Below are positions 19,800 through 41,100 of a DNA stretch of 64,000 nucleotides, piece by piece. The first letter of the stretch is position 1. The number at the start of each line of letters is the position of its first letter. The notes beneath the pieces were generated by a model. That model was not told the DNA's origin. It saw nothing but the letters and a program-made list of their open reading frames with translations, and made no database searches. Source of the DNA: Camelus ferus (taxonomy: Eukaryota). The stretch lies in assembly GCF_009834535.1 (NCBI RefSeq), contig NC_045713.1, forward strand, positions 868,001-932,000, given 5' to 3'. Both the position numbers and the translations under genes were made by a program.

Positions 19800-21809
19800 G
19801 TCCATACTGGACACACTGAGTAGGCCACGACTTGTCCAGCCGGCTGTGCCTGTCTTAGGTTGTCCTCCTCTGAGGATCTTACCCGTCGTTGGCTATCCAG
19901 CCGTCCATGCTGGACACAAAGAGTAGGCCATCTGTGGTCCAGCCAGCTGTGCCTGTCTTAGGTTGTCCTCCTCTGAGGATCTTACCCGTCGTTGGCTATC
20001 CAGCCGTCCATGCTGGACACACTGAGTAGGCCATCTGTGGTCCAACCAGCTGTGCCTGTCTTACGTTGTCCTCCTCTGAGGATCTTACCCGTCGTTGGCT
20101 ATCCAGCCGTCCATGCTGGACACAAAGAGTAGGCCATCTGTGGTCCAACCAGCTGTGCCTGTCTTAGGTTGTCCTCCTCTGAGGATCTTACCCGTCGTTG
20201 GCTATCCAGCCGTCCATGATGGACACACTGAGTAGGCCATCTGTGGTCCAACCAGCTGTGCCTGTCTTAGGTTGTCCTCCTCTGAGGATCTTACCCGTCG
20301 TTGGCTATCCAGCCGTCCATGCTGGACACAGTGAGTAGGCCATCTGTGGTCCAGCCAGCTGTGCCTGTCTTAGGTTGTCCTCCTCTGAGGATCTTACCCG
20401 TCGTTGGCTATCCAGCCATCCATGCTGGACACAGTGAGTAGGCCATCTGTGGTCCAGCCAGCTGTGCCTGTCTTAGGTTGTCCTCCTCTGAGGATCTTAC
20501 CCGTCATTGGCTAGTCAGCTGTCCATGATGGACACACTGAGTAGGCCATCTGTGGTCCAGCCGGCTGTGCCTGTCTTAGGTTGTCCTCCTCTGAGGATCT
20601 TACCCGTCGTTGGCTATCCAGCCATCCATGCTGGACACAAAGAGTAGGCCATCTGTGGTCCAACCAGCTGTGCCTGTCTTAGGTTGTCCTCCTCTGAGGA
20701 TCTTACCCGTCATTGGCTATCCAGACGTCCATGCTGGACACATTCAGCAGGTCATCTCTTGTCCAGCCGGCTGTGCCTGTCTTAGGTTGTCCTCCTCTGA
20801 GGATCTTGCCCGTCGTTGGCTATCCAGACGTCCATGCTGGACACATTCAGCAGGTCATCTCTTGTCCAGCCGGCTCTGCCTGTCTTAGGTTGTCCTCCTC
20901 TGAGGATCTTACCCGTCGTTGGCTATCCAGCCATCCATGCTGGACACATTCAGCAGGTCATCTCTTGTCCAGCCGGCTGTGCCTGTCTTAGGTTGTCCTC
21001 CTCTGAGGATCTTACCCATCATTGGCTATCCAGCCGTCCATGCTGGACACACTGAGTAGGCCATCTGTGGTCCAGCCGGCTGTGCCTGTCTTAGGTTGTC
21101 CTCCTCTGAGGATCTTACCCGTCATTGGCTAGTCAGCTGTCCATGATGGACACAAAGAGTAGGCCATCTGTGGTCCAACCAGCTGTGCCTGTCTTAGGTT
21201 GTCCTCCTCTGAGGATCTTACCCGTCGTTGGCTATCCAGCCATCCATGCTGGACACAAAGAGTAGGCCATCTGTGGTCCAACCAGCTGTGCCTGTCTTAG
21301 GTTGTCCTCCTCTGAGGATCTTACCCGTCATTGGCTATCCAGACGTCCATGCTGGACACATTCAGCAGGTCATCTCTTGTCCAGCCGGCTGTGCCTGTCT
21401 TAGGTTGTCCTCCTCTGAGGATCTTACCCGTCGTTGGCTATCCAGACGTCCATGCTGGACACATTCAGCAGGTCATCTCTTGTCCAGCCGGCTGTGCCTG
21501 TCTTAGGTTGTCCTCCTCTGAGGATCTTACCCGTCGTTGGCTATCCAGCCATCCATGCTGGACACAAAGAGTAGGCCATCTGTGGTCCAACCAGCTGTGC
21601 CTGTCTTAGGTTGTCCTCCTCTGAGGATCTTACCCATCGTTGGCTAGTCAGCCGTTCATGATGGACACACTGAGTAGGCCATCTGTGGTCCAGCCGCCTG
21701 TGCCTGTCTTAGGTTGTCCTCTTCTGAGGATCTTACCCGTCATTGGCTATCCAGACGTCCATGCTGGACACATTCAGCAGGTCATCTCTTGTACAGCCGG
21801 CTGTGCCTG
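19800..21809. repeat. 103-bp tandem repeat array (about 19.5 units) with 618-bp higher-order structure
   Basis: Units start at 19818, 19921, 20024 ... 21775 with an exact 103-bp period; variant units recur 6 units apart (20436/21054, 20642/21260, 20745/21363). Confidence 0.97.
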
Positions 21810-22540
21810 CTGAGTGCCCTTGGACTACTTATCTTAAACACTCTGTGCATCAGTTTCCCCTCTTGCACGATGGGACAGTAACAACCAGACCTACCTCACA
21901 AGGGCCATACAGCACCTAAGAGAGTTCATGCACCAAAGCTTACAGCACAGAAGCTACCATGTGGGGAGCACTCTCTCAGCAGTGTCATCACCAGTAACAA
22001 CCTCACAAACACAAGCACCGTTATCTCCATTTTACAGGTCAAAACCGAGCCCTTGCAACCTGTAAAAATCAACAAAGCACTGAGGCGGAAGACATCAAAC
22101 GTCCGCCAGCAGGAGAACAGTCCCACGTGGAACACTATACAGCCATGACAACAAACAAATCGCATCCACACAGAGAGGGGATGGATCTCACAAACCCAGG
22201 GCTGAGTGGAAGATGCCAGGAGAGCTCCCAGTTCAGAGCAGGCAAACCTGAGCTAAGCTAACTGGGACGCACACATGTGCGGTAAACCCACATAAAGCTG
22301 GGCCGTGAGAGCATAAAGGTGGTGAGCAGGGTGGGGGCGGTTGGCACAAAGCATATGAGACAAAGGACGAGGGGCGCCAGCAACACAAAGCTTTGCAATT
22401 TGGATGGTGACCACGCGGGTGTTCATTTACAATTACTTGCTGAACTCTGTATTTATGTACTAGCCTTTATGTTTTATAACCAATTTTGAAAACGCCATCC
22501 CTCCTCCTGCCCCAACTTCCTTGGCTTCCTAATCCTGCAC

Positions 22541-23566
22541 ATCAAAGGAAGCCACATCTTATCCAAAATATACAAGAGTTCATACAACTCAATGTCAAAA
22601 ACCAAAATAAACCAAACCAAACCAAACAAACAAAAACAAACCACCCTGTTAAAAAAAGGGCAGAAGACCTGAACAGACATTTTCCCAAAGATGTACAGAT
22701 GGCCAACAGACACAAGAAAGATGTTCGACGCTGCTAATCACCAGGGAAATTCAAATCAAAACCACCATAAGATATTACTTCACAGCTGTCAGAATGGCTA
22801 TCGTCAAAAGGCAACAAACAACAAAATGTTGGTGAAGGTGTGGAGAAGAGAGAACTCTTGTTGGTGGAAATGTAAAACTGGTGCAGCCACTTTGGAAAAC
22901 AGGATGGAAGTTCCCCACAAAATTAAAAACAGAACTACCAAGTGACCCAGCAATTCCACTCACGACTATATATCCAAAGAAAACAAAAATACCAATTCCA
23001 CAAGATACATGCACATTTTCATGGCAGCACTATTTACAACAGCCAAAATATGGAAACAACCTAAGTGTCCATCAATAAATGAATGGATAAAGAAAATGTG
23101 ACACCTAAACACACACAAAATGGAGTATCACTCAGCCATAAAAGAATGAAATTTTGCCATTTGCAACAACATGAATGGACCTCGAGGCTATTGTGCTTAG
23201 TGAAATGAATCAAAAGAAGACAAATACTGTATGTTTTGACTTACATGTGGAATCTAAAAAATAATAAATAAAACAAATGAATGTAACAAAACAGAAAGAG
23301 ACTCACAGATACAGAGAACAAACTAGTGGTTACCAGAGGGGAGTGGGGTTGAGGAGAGGCAAAGACAGGGGAAGGGGATTAAGAGGTACGAAATACTAGG
23401 CATAAAATTAGCAAGATACAAGGATAATGTACAGCACACGAATATAACTGATATTTTATAACTTTACGTAAAATATAGTCTATAAAAATACGTAACCACT
23501 ATGTTTCACATCTGAGGCTAATGTAATATTGTAAATCAACCATACTTCAATTAGAAAAAAAAAAAA
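22541..23566 (+). mobile_element. 5'-truncated LINE-1 (ORF2 C-terminus remnant, 3' UTR, poly(A))
   Basis: Fragmented L1 ORF2-like translations (KRAEDLNRHFPK, LKTELPSDPAIPL) and an A-tail at 23555-23566. Confidence 0.9.
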
Positions 23567-23671
23567 GATAGCCACACCCTGCAGGCTACCCCCAACTCCC
23601 ACCCACCCAGTGTTGTGAGTGGCACCATGCTGGCTACTGGCATGGGGGTGGGAATGGAGGTAGAAACTCAC

Positions 23672-24662
23672 AGCTTTAGGACAGCCAGGTTGGCTTCCAG
23701 GTCATAGGCATTCTCCTTGGCCTGTGTCTCCACATAGCGCTCCAGGGTGGCCAGATTCTCAGGATTATACCTAGAGGAGAATAAAGATGGATGAACAGAG
23801 AGGAGACAGGAGTTGAGCTCAGTTACTCTATGGGGCCAGGGAGGAGGGTCACTGTAGCCTGCGCCTCTCTCTCTTCCTTTCTTCCCTTTCTTTAGCTCTG
23901 TCACTGGCCACTTAGGCTCTACCCAAATACTGAATCAGCTCTATAATTTCTAATAAAACTTATCCACACCCCAGACCTAAGCCAAAGCTCTAAACTGCAT
24001 CAGAGCCTTGGGTCTTTTCTAGCTTGCCTCCTCAACCTTTCAGACAGCCAGTCATTGCAGACTGTATACCTAGCCTCCTAGACATCTTTGCTACCCACCC
24101 TTACCTTCCCTCCCCAGATCTCATTCTGGTCTAGCCCCGTCCTCTCCTGCCTAGCTCCCCTCATCACACCCTGACCACTACTGGTTCTAACTAGCTACTT
24201 GGTTTGTTTGGATTCTGAACTGGGAACCCTATGAAAGCATGGCCTGCGGCTGTCTTGGTCAACTCTGGTCTGCAGCATTGCCCAGCACTCACAGACTAGA
24301 TTTTAGTAAACATGTGTTAAATGAATAATGAGAGGTGAAGGAAGGGAGAGATAAAGAGGCACTAAGAGACACGAAGAGACTGAGGAGCAGACACAGAGAG
24401 ACATTAAGGCAATTAAAGGGGAGAGTGGCGGTAGGAAACGCTATCTTCTGTCTTTAGGTCTTCGCCAGTGCTATTTCCTTAAACATCTCCAGGATGATAG
24501 GTGAGAACCCCAGGTCAAGCCCAGGACTGACCACGCCTTACTCCAGAAAATTCTCTCCTCCACCCCGCTTGGCCAGAAGCGCTCCCTACCACCGAACTCA
24601 GACCTGTCGATACCCTTGAGCGTCTTGCCCACGTTTGCTCTCACCTGCTCAAACATCGCCAG
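23672..24662 (-). pseudogene. EIF3K: EIF3K 5' fragment (exons 1-2 only), copy 2
   Basis: Exon 1 24604-24662 (ATG>CTG) and exon 2 23672-23770. No exon 3 (YQFNP...) is visible between exon 2 and the tandem array. Confidence 0.9.
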
Positions 24663-25060
24663 GACTCCGTCGCCTCCCACACCCGGGGTGAAGCCGCAGA
24701 CCCGGCCGCCGCAGACCCGGCCGCCGCGGACTCCTCGAGGACCGGAAAAGGAAAGACTGGTGGAAACGGAAACTACGTCATTGTTTTCGCTCCGGCGCAG
24801 TTAGCGCATGCGTGTATGCTCCACCCGAGCAGAATCAACGGCGTGAGAAAAAGCCTGGTCTAGCCAAGTGCGCAGGCGCCTTCTCGTGGCACGCTGGCGA
24901 GGAGGCGGGGCTGAGGTTTTCCCCGGCCTCGCGTACCCTGTTCTAGTGCCTGCAGTGTGCGCGCGAGCTGCCAGGGAAGGAGACGGATCCCTGACGGCGT
25001 GCACGCACGTCGCGTTGCTCGCGACCCTGAACTCAAAAGCTGTGCTGGAATGCACGTATT
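24610..25060. promoter_or_regulatory. CpG-rich bidirectional promoter, copy 2
   Basis: Same NRF1-like and ETS-like motifs as 1380-1830, upstream of the open MAP4K1 copy. Confidence 0.7.
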
Positions 25061-25921
25061 AGTCTCCCTTTGGGCCATGGCCAAGTCCCGAGGAAGGTGC
25101 TTTTTGAGGTCCCCTTTGCCTCACGCCATGATCCCTAAAGCAAGATCCGAGCTCCACAATTTCAAGTCCCGAACCCGGTCCCACGCTGCACCCTGACGCC
25201 AGGGTTAGGGGCCTGCAAAGCTGTTGTGCTCTGCCTGTCAGGGACAGGGGTGAGGGGCTCCTGGACCCCGCCAGATCACGCCCAGTCCCCATAGGCTCCT
25301 GTCTTGTGGGTGAGAGCGAGCACCGCATGTGTGTACAGGTTCTGCACACTGCAGGCATGAAAGCACATGCATGTGTCGTATATGTGGAGGTATATGCTCT
25401 GGGTACATCCACATGTACGCACACGGGTATCCAGACACGTGCACGTTGACTGGTCTTCACACTGCACAGGGGGTTACCACTAAGTGCCTTATGAGCCCCA
25501 CCCCCCACCACCCCGGAACAGTAATGGACACTGCATGGTCATCCCCATGCAGACCTGCCATCTACCGGTTGTGGCCAAAGTCTCAAGCACTCAGCAGAGG
25601 TTCAGCTACAGTTTTTAGCTGCCACCCAGAACGAGGGAGGGAGTGTTAGGGCACCCCCCCCACCCCAGGTCATAATTAAGATAGTTTGCATCTGGTTTAC
25701 ATTCAGCCCACGGCCCTGGAGGTGGAGGGGGGTCCCCTGGGTCCCAAGGCAAGCTGCCTCTCACAGGCTTTCAGGGCCCAGGGGACAGGGGGTGGAGCCG
25801 GCCGCACAAGCCTGCTGGGGCAGGAAGCCAGAGTGGGGAGGGGGAAGGCCACAGCCAGTGGAGGCAAGACGGGTGCAGGGCCTGTGGGGAGGGAGGGAGG
25901 TGCCAGCACTCCGAGCCCTGA

Positions 25922-31661
<5,740 letters not shown>

Positions 31662-32917
31662 TCCGCCCATCGATCCAGCTCTGTGGGGATCCCAGTTGCG
31701 GACTGCTGTCGTCAGTAGAGAATCCTTAAGCTTTGGAGACCCTTGTAATCCCCTCATCAGATTGCCAGAGACCCCAGAGACCCTCCTCGCTTCTAAACAG
31801 ACCCTCAGAGGCCCCCCATTACCATCTGATCCCACAAGAGGCCCCAGAGAACCTCATCTACAAAATGATTCTAGAGACCCCTACCTCTCCGCTCTGCACA
31901 CGGACCCCATAAAATTTCCTATAACCACCAGGACTCCCAGAGACCTCAGAAACCTTGTTCTGATCCCAGATACCCAAGTGGAATCTAAAAACAAACACTC
32001 TATAACCATGTTGAGCCCCCATCGCCCTGATCACAAATCTTGACCCCAAAATGAGACCCCTGTAAACCAAGATCCCTCCCCTGAAGGGACAGCTCCAGTC
32101 CTAAGATCCTGGCTGCAGACCACACCCACACCCCAGTTCTATTCTTTCTATTCCCGAATCCATGTCCCCAGCTCACTGTGTGTCACCTGCATACCACCCC
32201 ACCCCAACCCCCATGGCGGCACATAGAGTTCATGATGCTCAGAGGCATGTAGTCCAGACCCACAGCTGACAAGGTGAGATGCCTCCCCACTGCCCCGCCG
32301 CCCTCCCCTCCCCCTGGGCCACTGCTGACTCTTTCCTATCCCACAGGCTCGCTTACAACCCCCTGGAGGCTTCAAGAGCAGCAGTCCTAGGTCAGGGACC
32401 CTCAGCGTGGGAGGGGGGCTGGGATATGTGTGGGGACCGCCCGAGGCTCATGCCTGTCCCTCCTCAGGAGGAACCTGTCAGAGTCCGAAGATGACTACGA
32501 CAACGTGGACATGTGAGAGAGCGCCTCAGACCCCACCAAGCCCCACCATCCATGACCCCAACCTCAGGCCCTGCTTTCCTTCCACCACTCAGCCGTGACC
32601 CCTGGCTGGACACTCAGTACCCACACCTAACTTCACCCTAACCCTGACCCTCCCACACCAGCCCCCACTCTCCTCCCCACCAACCCTTCACCCCTAACCT
32701 CACCCCAACTCAACCCTGGAGCCCCTGCCACATCCTAGTACCCAGCACTCACGTCATTCACTGATTCATGTTGGGCTGCTGCTCCAGACTGAGCTCCTCG
32801 ACAGCAGGAGCCCTGCCTGCTCTCGCACTGCTGAAGCCCAGCATTGTGCTGGCACACCCTCTGTAGACTCTTTGTGAATATATGTATGAATGAAGGAATG
32901 AATGAATTAACAAATGA

Positions 32918-36459
<3,542 letters not shown>

Positions 36460-36471
<12 letters not shown>

Positions 36472-36950
36472 GTCTCGTCTTGTGAGGCCTGGCTTTGCAC
36501 GGCTGCTGCAGCAGAGGACAAGCCCTCCTCCCCCTCCTGGGGTCTCCGGCTAAGAAGTAAATGCACAGAAGACAGATGAGCAAGGAGAAAAGCGTGGCAG
36601 GTGTGCTGAGGCTTTCCACGTACACAGGGCCCTTCACAGGAGGATGAATTCCTAACAGAGCGGCCAGAGCAGGAAGACTTTATACCTTTTAGATAAAGAA
36701 ACAGTAAACATGTGAAGGCTTGGAGGCTGGAGGGGCTCAGGCGGGGGCAGTGAACGGTGGAGAGCTGTGTCCTGTTGTCCTCTGTCCCCAGGTCTGGGAG
36801 TCGGCAGGGCAGGGCTGGCTCCTCCTTTCAGGGAGGAGGTGGGGGACAGGTCCCAGTGGCTGCCCTCCTGCTGTTGCTCACCTGGCTCCTCCAGCTAGGA
36901 TGTTTGACGTGTCAAGGTGCCGTGCTTGGGGGAACCTCCCAGGGCCCCCC
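36460..36950 (-). mobile_element. Possible solo ERV1-type LTR (MER34/39-like)
   Basis: Reverse complement begins GGGAGGTTCCCCCAAGCACGGCACCTTGACACGTCAAACATCCTAGCTGGAGGA, resembling MER4-group LTR starts; by eye only. Confidence 0.4.
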
Positions 36951-38191
36951 GAGCTCCTGCAGGGGCACCTCTGCTCCCTGGGGGACTGTCAGGTGAGAGC
37001 GGGTGTGTTCCCTGCCATGCAGCAGAGGCTCCCCACCTGGCCAGTTCCTCTCCCGACTGAGCACTCTGGGGCAAGAGCCGTCAGCCAGTCAAGAGACCAC
37101 CTGTAAGTGAGGGTAGCAGAGGAAGGGAGACAAAGACCATTGCTGTCTGCCCTGGACCCACCCACCCCCGGTTCTCGGAGGAGTGCTTTTCCTTTTCCTG
37201 AGTAAATCCTGTGAAATCTTTTGCTGCACAACGCTGTCTCCTGTCTGTTATCTTATCTTTCAGGTGTGACAAGAGCTGGGGTCTTTTCCCTTTCCCTTTT
37301 GGGGTAACAGTTCCATGAGTCCCAAGAGAGAAGGCAGGAAGAGGAACAGATTTAACTGGAACCGAGGGGGCAGAGGCTCCTTGGAAAGAGGCAGTGGCTA
37401 AAGCCTTCCCAGTGTTGGAGAGTGGTGAGTGGATCATGGACTGAAAGAGTATTGCCCGGATTTCCAGTCACTGGGGCATCCCCGGTGACCTCAGAGCAGG
37501 TTCAGGGTAGCTCCAGAGGAAAGGGGCCCGAGGACTTGGAGGAGTGAGGAGGTGTAGACATACAGTGTAGACAAGAGGGAATCGGGCCAAAAAGAGGAGG
37601 CTTGAGATGGAGTGGGAGACCGTTTAGTTTTAAATGGAAGTGACCTGAGACTGTTAGAGGGTGAACAGCAGTCCCTGTGCTGATGGAACAGAGGCGAATA
37701 CATAAGACTGAGGAGCAAGGAACTGAGAAGTTGGAGCAGAAACCCAGCCCCGTCATGGGGTTACTTGGTTTGGGTCTGGGTGGTGCCTGGTGTACCCTTC
37801 TCAGACTCTGAGAATTGCAGATGGAGTCACCCTAAAGTTGAGAGGGGGCTGAGAACAGAGGCATCCTGTCATCAGAAAGGACTTGAGGAGACTAGAAAGT
37901 TCTGGAAGGCTGAAGCCATCATTGTAGGATTAGGGCGGGAAGGGAAAGTGTGATACCCACTCCGCCAAATTAAAGAGGACACGTGGATCTAGACCCCAAT
38001 CGCGATGCGTGGTGTCTGCAACCTGACTGTCGAGGTTCAAGGGTCTGTTTCTTGTGACTATAAAACAACAGAACTGGTGGAACCTAGTCCTTTACTGACT
38101 TTGATGGTGCGTGCTAACCTACAAAACTGGTGGACTTCTAAGTGCTAATTTCACAATTATGTCCTTCCCACCCCTCCCCCCGCCCCCACAG

Positions 38192-41100
38192 GATGCTGAG
38201 TATGCATATTTCAACTTCCCTGAACTTCTCCCTCTGAAGAGGGCTTTAATTCTCCACCTAGAGCACAATACCACCGTCGACGTTCGAACAACCTTTTCTG
38301 GGTGCTTGTCGCAGGAGTGGCAGACTTTCCTGGAGGACAGTTACCCGTATTTCCTGATAGTGGAGGATGAAGGCCTGAACCACCTCCAGACACACCTCTT
38401 CAACTTCTTAATCATTCAGTCTTGGGCGATGAAGGTCAATGCTGTGCTCTCCTCGGGCCAGGTGTCCGACTTCCTACGACTTTATGCGTATTTCATGCCA
38501 AGCAAGCACAAGAACCAGATGTTTTTCCAGAAGGTAATTTGCATCTCAAAGACAGGCTTCTGGAATGTCACAGAATTTTCCAAATTACTTGACTCAGTTT
38601 TATTTCTGCCTCTCCTATGGGAATTATCACCAGTCTCACAGAGAGGTATAGAGAAGTAGTAATAATGATGATTGTAACCCTAAATGCAGCCCTTTACTGG
38701 GCACGTGCGGCCATGACAGGAGTTAGTGTGTGGTCCTTCCAGAGAGCCATTTTATTTACCGTTTGCAGCAGCCCCGTGAGGGAGGGTCAGGGTCACAGGT
38801 AAGTAGTCTGCTCACTGTCAACACACAGTGGGTCTGAGGAGAGGCCTCTGACCCCCCTGCCTGCATATGCTCCCCTGTGGTGTGGGGTGCTGGAGCCACA
38901 GATGAGTGAAATGATGGTTAACTCAGCAGCTTTTCACGAGACAACCATGGAGAGAGTTGAGGAGGAAGGAAAAGAAGTGAAATATGTTTATTTAATAATA
39001 AATCATTAATAGAGCTTTCAAAGTATTGAGAATTTTAATTCCGTGATCTTACTACTTTGCTGTATCAGTATAATTAGTAATTACTGTACTGAAATTTTGG
39101 GAGTCAAAAATGCTCACCAGTTTTATAAATAAATCTGGTTTCTGTTTAATTTTCGCTGCTTAGAACAAATTTAGAATGTGAGGATGACTCTTATTTCATC
39201 AAAATGATTTTTGAGTTAGTTAACACTTTTCACTTTTTGAGTTTGGGGTCACACCCCTCATGATATTGGGGACATCTGGATGGTTGTAATGAAGTATAAG
39301 ATAGAACTCCAATCATTAAACCATTTCCAACTCGAGGTGCCCTCTGTGAGCAGAAACAGACCTGGGACTTGTTTCTGTATTGAGAGGAGGTCCTGTAATC
39401 CACTCACCCTTTTTTACTCTGTGAGAGCGTTTTTTGAATTTGAGTTTGAAATGTCCCTACAAGTTTCCTTCCCAATCTATCCTTCAGGAAAACTTTTTTT
39501 TAATGGAGGGTTTTATTTCTGGTAAAATAATTTTTTCCTAATTTACTGAACTCTCACCCTAGAGAGGATCTTTCACTTTCATTCTGAGGACCATGTAAAA
39601 TGCTGAAGAAGATGCAGTGTATGTTGATAATGGTAGTTACTGGGGAGGGGGGAGTGTTACGCTTTTCTCTGTGTGTATGTTTGAAATTTTTCCTAATAAG
39701 ACACAGTGCATTACATGAGTACAGTGTTTCTTTTTCAGATGTTGAAAGCGTTCTAAAATTACATTGTGGTGATGATTGCACAACTCTGTAAATTTACCAA
39801 AAGTCATTGATTTGTACCCTTAAAGTGAGTAAATTTTGTGTCATGTTAATTATACCTTCATAAAGCTGTTAAAAAAATAAAATGGACCAAATTCCCAGAC
39901 AAAAATTGATTTGGCAAAGACAAAATAGTGCTGTTTGGCAGACTTGAAAAGCACTGTTGATGATATATAATTACTTTAGTGTATTTTTTAATTTAGAAAT
40001 ATATTGTAACAATTATATCTTTAATATATGATTGTCTATAGTTGGAAAGTAATGTGACACTTTATTTATGACAATTTATGTGACTTGCCTATCTTTTACA
40101 GAATAAGAATAACATTGAAAATGCTTATAAAACCCTGATGAAGAAATTGGAAGAATGTCGACTTTTAGCATTGGGACATCTTTTTGGAAATTTTAAATGG
40201 GAAAATATGATGGAAGAGGTACTGAAACTTTAAAAAAAACCTCTTGACTTGAACTGTTTAATGACAAAAAAAAGATGCAAAAGTAGTACAGGGTCCCCAC
40301 TTGCCCCTCCCCCAGCTTCCCTGCATGTTAGCACCTAGTGTGACCACGTGCACCTGTCCAGCCAGGGTGTTAGTGTCAGTGTAACAATATTAACTAAGCT
40401 CAGACATTATTTGTATTTCACTTACATTTGCACTGATGTCCTTTTTACAGACAAAAGGAACTAAACTGAGAAACATATTAGCAACAGATTTTAATAGACC
40501 ACTTTTTCTGATTATCAAAAAGTTCCTCACAAATTTTGTTTTTTACTGGGTGCTACTATTTCTCTAATGCCTGGCATTTAAATTGTTTGAAAATTGGCTC
40601 TAACAAAGAACTCCACAGTTACGAATATATGTACGTATATGCGTAACTGGGACATTGTGCTGTACGCCAGAAATTGACACATTGTAACTGACTGTACTTC
40701 AATAAGAAAAAAAAAGAACTCTGTGATGAACATCTTGATGCCTAAATCTTGGTACATATTTTGTGGTATTTACCTAACCTAGATACCTAGAACTTGAGTA
40801 GTCAATTAAAAGTATCAACATATTTAATGATAATCTTATGTTTTACTAAATAGCTTTGCAGTAACTCTGTACCTATTTATATTCTTATCAATAAAGTAAA
40901 AGAGAAATGACATGTCATATGATTTCCAGTGCTATTATCATTAAGATATACTTTGCAAACTTGGAAGTAAAAAATATGCTAATTGTTCATTTTGTTACTT
41001 AAGAGGTTAACACTTTTATTTTTATTTGTATTTCTTTGGTGAATTATCTGCTCATCTCTTACTAAAGGCTTAGTTGTTTTCTTATTGATTTATAGGAGCT

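Noticed and set aside
20610-21609. Repeated 79-92 aa ORFs (MAIQPSMLDTK...)
   Set aside because: By-products of a 103-bp period cycling through reading frames; no homology recognised.
19800-21809. CRISPR-like array
   Set aside because: Units are contiguous near-identical 103-mers with no unique spacers, there are no cas genes, and the context is mammalian.
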